Assembly (NCBI GenBank): GCA_026770705.1 | Contig: JANJGN010000136.1 | Coordinates: 620,001-684,000, forward strand | Reading direction: 5' to 3' | Source of the DNA: Isurus oxyrinchus | Lineage: Eukaryota | Length of the DNA stretch: 64,000 bases | Part shown: positions 37,746 to 49,308 of the stretch, piece after piece | How the letters are laid out: each line of letters begins with the position of its first letter | How positions within the stretch are numbered: the stretch's first letter is position 1 | Made by a program: the position numbers and the translations under genes | The notes under the pieces: generated by a model | Seen by the model: only the letters and a program-made list of their open reading frames with translations | What the model was told of the DNA's origin: nothing | The model's database searches: none

Positions 37746-39578
37746 GTGCAAGTACAGTGTGTTCATCTGATAAACATGCTGCCAGTCTCTCTAATATCAT
37801 GCAGTTTTATGAGAGATATTGGGCGTAAAATGGATACAGTGTCAGACATTATTGTTCAATATTAGGATTGTTACTGTATCTGTATCTCTGGAACATGATG
37901 TCTGTGCAGGATTTTTCACATTTGGCTGTAATCAGAAGCTAAACAAAATGTCCCAATCTGTGGTCAAGGAATGAAACCCTTTAAAGCTGAAATTTGCCCC
38001 TTTAAGTAGCCAAATTGGGATCACTCCCTGCATGATATTCGCTGTCATGAACCATTCATGTCAATCTCTTCTGGCACGGGGTTCACTGAGACGGATGAAG
38101 AGTCAGTGAACAGAGAGGAGTGTCACACTTGTTCTGTTCCTGACTCTCCAGTCCCGGTCTTTTATTGAGAACTCTGTCACCCAGAGAATGTGGTTTCCCC
38201 CGATTCACGTCTTTGAATACTGAGAGAGCTGACAGCTGTCAGTAACTCCAGTATCTAGATCCAGGTGAGGTCATTGTGGTTCCCTGTTAAAACAACACAA
38301 TAACAAGCAAAGTTCATAGAAACTATCATGACTCAGATTCAGGAGGGAATCAGACACGGTGGCAATGTGCGCTCTCTACCTTTTGATTCAGGTTCCTGAA
38401 CGTTACGGAAAAAGACATGATATCTGTTGCATTGTTGTTGTTGTGGTCGTATGACCCAATAGCTGAATCGTTTTACTACCCTGTGTCTGCAAGGTTATCA
38501 GAAGATTGTCGGTTGGAGTCCTGCAATTTGTCTTCTGGTGGTTTCACGCAGATAGTTTGCCATGTACAGGAGTTCCAGCACACTCTGTGTGTAGAATTCT
38601 TTTTTACAATTCCCGCGGTAAAATATCTGGCTTTAATTGTTTTACGGTGGTACTGGGTCCTGGGATCCCAGTCAGCAGGAATAGGTTTGGGCTGATCTTA
38701 ACTGTTCAACGTTTCAAAACAATGTATCGAATGCCTCCTGCAATCATGAGGAAAGACCTCGGTAAAGGGAAAGTCAGTGGGTTAAATATAGGGACCGAGT
38801 TGTGTCGGGAATTGGAGAGGGCTAGGAGTGAGTTCAAGAGACAAGCAGAGTTACAGAGGAAGAAAACTGGAAGATTGGCCAGGAGGAAGAGAGAGGAATA
38901 TGAGTGGCGTTTATCATCTTTCAAATTTTACTCAATGAAAGACCAAAACAGAAAAAATATCCTCTGTGCCAAGGAGCTGCTGATAGTGCAGAGACCCAAA
39001 AATAGAACTGGAATTAGGAGAATCATCGTGTTCACTGAGGGAGAGGCAATGGGATTAGAAAAAAAAAAGTTACGAGGGGGCCGGAGATGAAAAGGCAGGA
39101 TCCTGAATAACTGCTGTTCGAAAGCAAAGTAAATAAAGAGAAAAAATACATTTTAATAATTAACAAACTGGTGGCAGAGATTGGAATGTAAATTACTCAG
39201 TCATGTTAGTCACTGTTTACAAGATGCAGTTTACTGTCGGAATATTTCTGATTCTGACTCGTTATTCATTACTAAATCGAGTGTGGCCGTTTCCTCTCGG
39301 TTTGAAAATACCTTCTTTCAGCAAGCTGTTCTGCTTTCAAGCTACCAATTCACTGGTTTCACGGAAATTCCGATTTTGCCGAGTTTCAATGAAATCGGTT
39401 TCGGACACATACAGAACTGTCGGCTGACTGGTGGCATGAAGGGCCGGTCGTCTCAAGGAACTCTAATATTCCAGGATCTCGGAAAACAGACGCGTTTCCT
39501 CAATCTCCCTGTCGCTGATACCAAAACTTTATCTGCACCGTCTCCTAGATATGAATTTTAAGAAATATTTCCAAGTTG

Positions 39579-39651
39579 CTCCTCGTCGGGGAATGTGAAC
39601 CCCGGTCTCCCGCATGACAGGCGGGGATACTGACCACTGTACTAACGAGGA
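39579..39651 (-). tRNA. tRNA-Asp(GTC), near-intact; 1-nt T-loop insertion, possibly a pseudogene
   Basis: Reverse complement TCCTCGTTAGTACAGTGGTCAGTATCCCCGCCTGTCATGCGGGAGACCGGGGTTCACATTCCCCGACGAGGAG. Acceptor, anticodon and T stems pair; T loop TTCACATT instead of TTCGATT. Confidence 0.8.
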
Positions 39652-40449
39652 TACATTTCTTAATCAGGCTGTAGCGAGGCTTATGGCTAACTTTACTCAG
39701 TACCAGCTGAAAATGCTGAAGTGGCACAATGTGGGAATGGAGGGGTTGCGGGCTTCCTTCAGTTGTCTCATAGACGAGGATGACAGGATACCTTTTCTGA
39801 TTGAACTCGCTGTTCTTCAATTGAAATCATGAATTTATGGCGCTTAATAACCCAGAAATCCACAAACGTGTTGAATAAAATAAATTGATTTGTCCTACGA
39901 TCAGCACATTCATATCGTGAAGGATTCCTCATTAGGAGAGATCCTAGATTTATCAATGAGAAAATGTTGCCGCCAGTGAGATCTGAGGATACAATACTCA
40001 CACCAAACTTCCAGGGAAGTTGCCAATATGGGGAATTGTCAGTGAATACGCGGCACACGCCTGTGCACAATAACGCACACGACTGACGAAAACATGTAAA
40101 TCCTGCACCTGCAGTTAAAGTCTAGGAGAGTTCGGAGACAATGAAAATGTCATCAATTCAGGCTAAATGTTTTGTGGCAAATCCTGGCAAAATAACACTT
40201 CTTCTGACCCCAATTTGGGATTTTTTTTTTAAAACGGGTAAGGATTTATCTTTCCTGTTGAAACATTTCTCGACCAGGAACATAATGAGGGAAAAAATAC
40301 CCAAATGTTAAAATGAAAGGTGAATATATTTATGTTCACTCTTCAGTGCCGGGGGAATCCCCGAACCCCCGTCATTATTGTGTCCAGCCTCCTGCTGAGC
40401 CACCATCTTGCATTTGTTTATTATTAGCAGCTGTTTATTATTGATCCAT

Positions 40450-41765
40450 TATAAAGAGCGAGTCAATGTGTGATCGTTGCGATTTCTCATTAAAATTCTC
40501 AACCTGGTGACAAGAATCATTCATTGGCATCGATCGACCTCAAAGCTTCTAGGTTGAACTAGATAGGCCACTATATGCCTTACAGAGCGGCAGAGCAAGG
40601 TCTTTCTTCATTCTCTCAAATGTAACATCCCTGACAAAACCGGCATCGCCATCCCTTGATAATGGTAAAGTGTGGACCACAATTCTGCAGGCCAGACTGG
40701 GCAAGGACTGCAGATTTCCATTCTAAAGTAAATTTGTGGGCTTGATATTCCTTTTTGAAAATCTATGATAGTCTAATGTGGGTCAGCATTATTCAAATTA
40801 GGTTTATATCCCAGAATTTCTCAACCGATTTTAAATTCGATCAGTTGCCATAGTTGGATTTGAACCCGTGTCCCCTGCGCATTAGCCTCTCTGGATTACT
40901 AATCTACTGACATGACCAGAGAAAGAGGCCAGTAAATTGGTATAGGTCCCGTTCCCTCTGATCCATTTCTTGTGAGTATATTCTTGGGAAAGACGAGATG
41001 ACACCATATGTGAACTGTGAGTGTCACCTAAATAGACGTAATGGAAGGAGGATTCCACAAGCACTCACCCACTTTTCATCTTCTGAAATGCTGCCAATTT
41101 CCACTGTCATTGCTCTCCAAGGGACCAAAAATGACCCACATGAGCTGTAGCTTTCCAGGACTCATATCTTCAATGGAAAGAGAAAAAGCGCAGATTACTT
41201 TATCTTGCTTCCCAGAGGAATGCAAGGGCTATAAATTCATAAGTCGTGGAGAGAGCGGAGGTGCGGGGCCGTGTGAGGATGATCCATGTTCATTTCACTA
41301 CATACAATTGCAGAGACTCTATTCACACAACTCTGTTTTCAGGTGCCTCAAACAATTCATCATAATGTGCAGGGACCGGGCAATCACACGCTGTAGTGTA
41401 AGCTGCTGATTTGTGGGGGCAGTATGGAAAAGAGAATTCTTACCCAGCTTGTCACACAGAGGGCATGCTCGTACCTTGGCCCAGCTGTTCAATTAGGCCA
41501 GCGGTCTCTCGTTACCTAAACACAGGATACCATTCTCCACACTTAGGACTTCCATTTCAGTCTGTCACACTCGCTGTTTGACCATTGGAATGTATGGATC
41601 CGGGTAAAGTGGCGTTAGAGCGGGGATGCTCGACTGTGCATATCCATTACACACCAACGTGAGTTTAGCTGTTACCAAGTGAAGCACAGGAGAATATGGC
41701 TGTGAATGCAGCTGGTGAGGGGCTCTGTGTCTCACTGGCCTGATCTGGCTGTTTTCATTCTGACT
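40450..41765 (+). repeat. Duplicated block (paralogs 52925-54235 and partial 63540-64000)
   Basis: Shared CACAACTCTGTTTTCAGGTGCCTCAAAC and GGCTGTGAATGCAGCTGGTGAGGG. Confidence 0.9.
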
Positions 41766-42744
41766 GGAGTCCAATTTCTAGCCCAGGATGCAACATGCAG
41801 GCTGGCTCAGCACAGGGCCAGGTGTTGCATTACTAGCGGTCTCAACATGTGGAGGAGGTTTCAAACTGCAGTAGCCCTGTGCCCCATCTCCCTAAAGATC
41901 ACATTCCAAAAAAAAAAGCGGAGAATTCTCATAATATTGCTGCCCTTACATTCTGAAAGCTCAGATTAATGGGCCATTCATTACCCAGAAGATCCGTAAA
42001 TAAATCAGGATAGTAGTTTTCAGCCATTTCCTCCCCCACATCACTTCATTTTGTTTACAGAACAAGACAGCAAAGAGAGAGAGAGGGCAGAGTAAGAGAC
42101 AGGCCGCAGTGAGACACAGGCGGTCAGACAAAGTATCTGTTCCAGAAAACATTGTAACGTCAAGTTTTACCGAGAAGATTCATTTGGAGAAGGAAAAGAT
42201 GCAGTCTCATCTCTCACTGATTTTTTACCAGAGAAAAAGTTTATATTAATCTCACACTCAAGGGCAGTGCCTGCGAGTGTTCCAACGTATCATATTTAAC
42301 CCACTCCTCCTTTTTGTAATGTTTGCAGCTTAAGGGCTCAGGGTCACTGGGTATTGCTCCCTGTAACCAAGTGTCTCACTTTGATTAAATGAATCTAGGA
42401 GTCCCCCTGTCAAATATTAACTATTGCACGGTCCCAGAAAAGTCATTTACTCCTTCGCTCCTCCCATGTTTCTGCAGGTTTGCTTTATTAAGATGGACTC
42501 GGGAACAGCAAATCCCTGCAGGGAATGATCCCAAATTAGTGTCTTTAAAGACACAAGGCCCCACTTTTCAATGAACTCTGACCTTTCCCCTATCTGCAGT
42601 TTTTTTTTTGCTCAGAAACTGATCAAAGTGAATTGCAACAAAAATGTTGATTTTAGCTGCTGCTGATTTATTGCAGAAATGCATCCATGAGGTATTTGGA
42701 CCCACCCCGAACGCAGCTTGTTCGTGAGTCAGAGGCTGACAGAG

Positions 42745-43305
42745 ACAGAATCAATCCCACACTCACATATAGTCCCATTGGCTGATATTTACAGAATCAT
42801 TCCAACACTGACAGATAGTACCAGAGACTGATATTTACAGAATCAATCTGACACTCACAAATAGTGCCAGAGACTGATATGCACCGAATCAAACCCATAA
42901 TCACAGATAGTGCCAGAGATATTTATCGAATCAATCCCACAATCAAAGGAAGAACCAGAGACTGATATTTACAGAATCAATCTCACACTCACAAATAGTG
43001 CCAGAGGCTGACATTCACCGAATCAAATCCACACTTACAGAGAGTACCAGAGACTGTTATTTATAGAATCAATCCCACAATCACAGATAGTATCAGAGAC
43101 GATATTTACAGAATTAATCTCACACTCACAAATAGTGCCAGAGCCTGATACTCACCGAATCAACACCACAAATAATGATAGTGCCAAGGACTGATATGTA
43201 ACGAATCAATTCCACAATCACAGATAGTAACCGAGACTGTTATTTATAGAATCAATTCCACAATCACAGTTCGTACGAGGAACTGTTATTTTTAGAATCA
43301 ATCCA
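42745..43305 (+). repeat. 46-bp minisatellite, about 12.5 copies
   Basis: Consensus ACAGAATCAATCCCACACTCACAGATAGTACCAGAGACTGATATTT; units start at 42745, 42791, 42837, 42883, 42925, 42971, 43017, 43063, 43108, 43154, 43200, 43246, 43292. Confidence 0.95.
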
Positions 43306-44399
43306 TATTTACATGAATGGGAAAACATTGCAGGGTTGCGGCGAGTGGCAACGGAAGAATTGTCTCTTCAGAGGGCTAGCACAGATTGGACAGCCAGAAT
43401 ACTCTCTTTCTCTGTTGTAACCATCCCATTATTTTGATGGAAAATACTGGAAGAGCTGAATAGCTCTGGCAATTTGGAAGTTTCGAAAGCGGGTCTGTTC
43501 GTTAAACCATCTATCAACCGGATATGTAAATCCCCACTTCCTGTCTCGACAGCTGCTGCTGGACCTGCTGAGTGTTTCCAACACCTTTTGTTATTATTTC
43601 GGATTCCCAGGGTGAGCAATATCTCACTTTTTGAACAATAAAACACGTCTTGCGCAGGAATCCATATTCAAATAAGAAATTGTTGGCAGCAGAAAGAAAA
43701 TATTCAGATCATCGGTGAAATTTACTAAATCCGAATAATTCTATCTAGTTTTCTGTGGGGTGGTGGCACTGATGAGTTGGAGTGTTGGATGTGGTGCTCA
43801 GCTCAAATATGTCGATTAATCTCTGATTTGGATAAAGTCTTACCCAGAGTAGCATTCACAGCGCAAGTACCAAGGCCAGTCCCCTGCATCTGACCCCCAA
43901 GTCTCTGACACTGAGCTCAGGGTAGGAGACATTGACAGCGAAACCAGGATAACGTAAATCAGCCAATCAGAAATTGGAACTTCCGGGGAAATTTCAGCGC
44001 GCTCGCACGTGCCAGGGCGTCCGCAGTCTTTGGTATGTACAACAGCAACTTAAATTCACTGCTGAGTACGTTGGAAGTCTTGGCGACTTAGCTGTTATTG
44101 AACTAGCGCTTCTCATTGCAGTACTTGCCATGCAAGGGACATAAGGCCAACGCACCGCTGTTGGAACATGTTAATGACTGTTTCCTATGAACCAGAGTGG
44201 CAAATGTTCCGCCATAGCAAGAAACAATTATAAACCCTGTGGAAAGCCAGCAGGCATAAAACGCATGATGCAAAGCGGGACAATGTTTTTTGATACATTT
44301 AAAAATAAACACGTTGTCTTTGCAGCAGAAGGGCCAACATTCCAAACTGGAACATTGGCTACAATTGAACTATAGTCAGAACTGGAATAGTTGGTTTCA

Positions 44400-45030
44400 T
44401 TTTGCATTATTTTATCATGATGAGGATTATAGTCCAAGGAATTTTCAGTATCTTCTTCAGCTCTTCCCTGAATTTTGTTTGCGCAGCTGCATAAATAATC
44501 GTATTTCTGCAGGAACTCAAATACATGAGCATTTGTCCAGTTTGAGTGGCGATGTACACAGGAGCTGGATAATCAGGTCGTACATGAATGGCCATACCAC
44601 TGACTAACGACCAAACGACTGCTGCCAGCCACAATAATATCAAAGTGCCCGATACAGTGAACAGTAAAATAATCGATTCCTGGATCACTCTTTTTCTCGC
44701 TGCTGTGACCCCGCAGCTCCTTACGGGCTCGACTGGCAAGTAAAATCCGTCTGATTTTCAAGCAACTAAACCATAATATCAAAGTGAAAGGAATCCATGT
44801 CACTAAAATAATTTGTTGCCAAATTAATATTACACCAAAAGGAAATGTATAAAAATCCAGACTGGACCGGAAACCCCATTCAATATTGTCAATTGTTCGC
44901 TCAGGTTCAAATGCAAACCAATTTGGTATGTTTTGTAAAAGCGAGAGGACACAGACTGATGTTCGAACTGTAGCTGCAGTTCTCACTGTGCAATACCTTG
45001 TCTTAAAATTGTGGCTACATATACACACAA
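44400..45030 (-). pseudogene. 5'-truncated, frameshifted GPR139-like pseudogene (post-TM3 to C-terminus)
   Basis: Two overlapping frames: ICSHNFKTRYCTVRTAATV...NIPNWFAFEPERTIDNIEWGF...IPFTLILWF...RRILLASRARKELR, then ESIILLFTVSG...YLSSCRNTIIYAAAQTKFREELKKILKIPW. Colinear with the intact gene; TM1-TM3 replaced by a duplicated block starting at ~45040. Confidence 0.9.
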
Positions 45031-45853
45031 CTCTGTCATTCATCAGAGGGCAAACGCAAGGCAAAATAAGAGTGAGCTCCCCCCGCAATATTGCCTTGTC
45101 GCCTGTGCAGTGGCGCTGCTGTATGACTGTTACTCAGATAAATACATCAATCACAACGGCAGTTAGCCTGTTATTTGCCGCTTTCCCAACTTGCTCTAAA
45201 TGCCGAATGCAATTGATTGAGGGCCGGGCGGAAATATATTTCAGTTCCCTGCCCTTGCAACTCCCCCAAATTATTGTACCGAATTTAAATTTTAGCAGGC
45301 ACTGGGTAATTCCTCGTTGAAGCCCGCATCGTGAGTTTGCACGACCTTCCTTCTAATTAGCCATGAAAAGCCATACGCTTCAATGCAACACCCTTGAGAT
45401 ACAGCACCATTTAGACATTGTTTTTACTTCAATGTTTGCAGTGCTTATACTCAGAATTTATCATCCTTCTGAAGGCAAATGTGAATGAGTAACTTGCACT
45501 GATCGTGCGCAACATCCCCACATCCGAAATAAATGGAAAGAAGAGATTGGCTGAGATGTCAGTCTTCTGATGACGAGAACTTGTGCAGCTTGAGGTTTGC
45601 TTTCGACAGGATATTTTCAACGTTGAGAAGAAGGAGAACGTATCTGTTGCTGAACAGCATTGTGAAGATCGTATCATTCAGCAGCTCTGGGACAAACATA
45701 TCCTTAGGTCTCTCTGGTAACCTGAAGCTTTGACTCTGCAAATACGAGAATTCCAGCCTCTGCGATCAGTCAGCAAGGAAGAATGCTGAATTCTCCACTC
45801 ACTGCCAGTTGAATTTGAAAACCATATGATCATACCAATCAGTTGACCGCTGT

Positions 45854-45927
45854 GTGCTGTTAGCTCAGATGGTTAGAGCGTCGTGCTAATAGCACCAAGG
45901 TCGGGGGTTCGATCCCCGTACTGACCA
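45854..45927 (+). pseudogene. tRNA-Ile(AAT), A and B boxes intact but acceptor stem disrupted
   Basis: TAGCTCAGATGGTTAGAGCGTCGTGCTAATAGCACCAAGGTCGGGGGTTCGATCCCCGTACTGACCA; three mismatches in the acceptor stem. Confidence 0.85.
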
Positions 45928-46789
45928 ATACAGCACTACCTGTTCTTGAACAACAGTCACCCTCGCTGCGTCCGATTATAATTCAAAAGTTATCACATCG
46001 GACGAACACTTCTACTACGAGGTCGTTATTTTATAACGTTGCCGGTTGTTTTTGGTTTTCTTTCCCACTTCTTGAGTCTGGAAAATTCCTCCATCTTTTT
46101 CTGACAAATTCGTTATTCTTTTAGTATTTCTGTGCCACAGGTCTGTTGCTAACATGACAACAAACCTTTGCTACTGTACAGCAGCCCATAGTGTCTGCTC
46201 TAGCTCTCCAAAAGAGACATCCGCTGCCTTCTCCCCCTAGCCCTTTACATTGTTCTTTTTGAGATAATAGGCTATCTCATTTTTTAATGTTTCAATTGAA
46301 CCTGCCTCCACCAATCTCAGGCAGTGCATCCCAGGCCGTAACCACTTTCAACGAGAAAAAAGTATTTTCCCTCATGTCATTTTAGATTATTTTACCAATT
46401 AGTTTCAACCTGTGCCCTTTCTATTTAGATCCTTTCGCAGATGGGAACACGTCCTCCTTATGCACACGGCCCAAAACCCTCATGATTTTCAATACCTCTA
46501 TCATATCAGCTGCCAACCATCTCTTCTCCAATGAAAACAGCGCTAAAGTATCCAATCTATCTTCATAACTGAAGTTGCTCATCCCAGAAACCATTCTTGT
46601 GATTCTTCTCCGCATTCTTTCCAACATCCTTAACATCTTCACATCCTTCCTCAAGTGCAGCGCCCGGAAAAAGACGGGATACACCAACTGAGGCTGAAAT
46701 AGTGCCTCATACAAATCTCATTTGCCCTATTTCCATTACAACGCTCTTTGAGCCATGACAAATGTTGTCTGCTGCCCTCACAGGCAATC

Positions 46790-47570
46790 GCTTTCGACGC
46801 AACCCCACAACCAATGGAACAGGTCTAAGCTCTGAAGTTTTTCCACATCGAGTCATGAATGGTGATGGGTAATTAAACAACTAACTGGAAGGGGAAGCTG
46901 CGCGAATAAATGAAGGCCTGTTCACACAGCATCCTAAATGCTTGCTTAACCAAGCCTTGCTTGGTTTGAGAGCAGCAACAGTCGGTGTTGCACTTGGAAC
47001 CGTTAAGCTTCGTCGACCGGTGACGAACATTTCACGCTTATGTCCATCCTTAAGTAGCTCTTTTATGCTATTTATTGTGGGCATGTCTAGCAGGTCTTTC
47101 TGGGATGTTTTTATGTGATTAACAACTGAACAATTTTGCCGGCTATTTCTGCACTTGAAAAGTCATTGGATGGACGCCTTTCTCTGCATCGGCTGATGAA
47201 GTTGTCCATGGATTCTCAAAGTTGGTCAAAATTGTCCATATATTTGCGGATCCTTTAGTTCTTTTGCTGTTAATCCTGACATGTTCAGCCTGCATAGACC
47301 TTCATTCACAATTGCTAGGCGAATTTTAATGGCTTGCTTGTCTGGCTCAGTGGCACGTGAATCAAGAAACCGTAGCTCTGTTTAAACTTATTGAATTGGG
47401 GTTCTAGGTCATCTGCATCCTAATTCAATCTGGGGAATTTTGTGGACATTTTGACAAAGTCCCTTTGACCTTCCTTCTTCTGTAGTACGTGGAGTGACTG
47501 TCACTGTGGCTGCTTTTGCTGTCTTTTCCAAAGCTGTGCCAATATAATTGCAGCCTTCTCTGGCCTGATT
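46790..47570 (-). mobile_element. Decayed Gypsy gag-like fragment (copy 2)
   Basis: Colinear paralog of 34560-35400 (e.g. TINSIKELLKDGHKRE). Confidence 0.5.
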
Positions 47571-48070
47571 TTTATGCGGTTTGCTTTATTGTTTTCTCTT
47601 TCTTTGACTCTCCCTCGCTCTATGTCAATCCGGTCCACGCCCTGGTCAGTCCCCTTTCTTGACTGACCTAATCTGGTGCTGGTGCTGGTTCTTTTGACAC
47701 CCTCTTCCGCTCACTGAACTGACAGGCCATGCATTGGAATAAGACAATGAGGGATCTCCCTGCTTCCCTGCGCTTCATTTGAACACTATCCGACTCTGCC
47801 TTACAGCCTTGTCTGTACAGTCAGCACGCTGCTTTCTCAACGCTCTCCGATCTGCGACTCTCTTTAGGTCTGATCAAAACGTCAAGAGTCACCTCATGCC
47901 ATGTAACACAACCTAACCTGTTCACCAATCGTATATGTAGTTGATCTTATTGCCAGGCTGTCTAACCATCGCTGACCACCATTTTGTGCTATTATAATGA
48001 TTGATAATCGCCATTAAGATGTTGGATAAATGCTTTGAGACATTTTGCCCCGTGCAATTGTAAGTTATCA

Positions 48071-48141
48071 GCGATGGTGGTACGATGGTGAGCAGAGCTA
48101 CTTTCCACGCAATTGATCTGGTTTCTTTTCTCAGCAATCGC
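48071..48141 (+). pseudogene. tRNA-Gly(TCC) pseudogene (paralog of 35898)
   Basis: GCGATGGTGGTACGATGGTGAGCAGAGCTACTTTCCACGCAATTGATCTGGTTTCTTTTCTCAGCAATCGC. Confidence 0.75.
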
Positions 48142-49236
48142 TGTTTGTGCACTTTAGATTTCTGAGTTCAAGAGCCCCAGGCAGGATTTGATCCTGAAGA
48201 GATGTGATTTTGCTTTGAAAATGCACGCGGCTGTAATTCAAGCACTGATTTCTCATCTCCATTTATATAAGGGAGGAAAGACGTCATGGAGTGATTTGAA
48301 GTGAGGATCAGAATTTTATTATTTTAGGCATTGCGATGTGAGGAGCTAGTTTCCTAGGTCAGCAAACACGGTGGTGATTTGTGCGGATTCATATATTAGT
48401 ATTAGGGACATACAAATATTTGTCCAGATGTAGAAAGCTCGAAGGCATCATAGCTGTGCCTTGTTCTGCTCACAGGCAGCAGTGAAACTAAGTCAGGATT
48501 GCACAGACCATTTCCCTTCGAGTTACTTATGTTGCTTTCCCTTAAAGGCAGATTACAGAACCCATACACATTTTACCCTAGAATAAGCAGGATTTCAGTC
48601 TAACTTATCAGCATATGATCTATTTTACTTCAGATAAAACATATATACGCAAGGAATTGAAGACAGCATTGAAAGTTTCAAAGGAAACATTGAGATAGGA
48701 AAGAGATGAAATATTGACATAATTAATCTCAAAAAAAGGAAAAATGCGGGAGAAACTCAGCTGCTCTGACAGTTTCAGTTAGAGGGTCAATTATTTAAAC
48801 CTTCTGTAGAACTGAAATATTGAACTACCCTTCCTCTGTCGGAGCTGATTGCAGCACCTTCTATCCTTATTTCAGATTCCCAGCGTGAGCAACCTGTTGC
48901 CTTTTGAATAATCGAACAATCTCTGTGCGGGAATCAATATTCAAATAAAGAAATTGGAAGCATCAGCGGGAAACGATTCAGAGAATTAATGAATTTTACT
49001 GAATCCCAGTAAACCTATCCCAGCTCCACACTAAATTTCAGGGAAAACCTGCATTATCAGCAATGAGGAACAAGCCTGAGTTACATTATCAATGGAAGAT
49101 AAGTGGAGGTTGTAAATCATTTTATTTCAATTACACCTACGTGTTCTTTCCGTGCAAGATATCTGACCGAAACAGATCAAGTGCAGCTCCGATTGTGGGG
49201 TTTCTGATTTGAGAAGCATAAAAAAAATCAACAAAC

Positions 49237-49308
49237 TGCGATGTGGGGAAATTGAACCAGAGTTAGTTGCTTGGAAAGAAAGGTCACTTACCACTATCCT
49301 GCCATCGC
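49237..49308 (-). pseudogene. tRNA-Gly(TCC) pseudogene (paralog of 37059)
   Basis: Reverse complement GCGATGGCAGGATAGTGGTAAGTGACCTTTCTTTCCAAGCAACTAACTCTGGTTCAATTTCCCCACATCGCA. Confidence 0.7.

Larger units (their letters stand above)
33950..39540 (+). repeat. Segmental duplication core, copy 1 (paralog 46180-51720)
   Basis: Long colinear matches, e.g. AAAGTCCCTTTGACCTTCCTTCTTCTGTAGTAC at ~35291 and ~47456; GCTGTGCCTTGTTCTGCTCACAGGCA at 36281 and 48453. Confidence 0.95.

Noticed and set aside
42745-43305. CRISPR-like array
   Set aside because: Units are contiguous with no unique spacers, there are no cas genes, and the context is vertebrate; it is a minisatellite.
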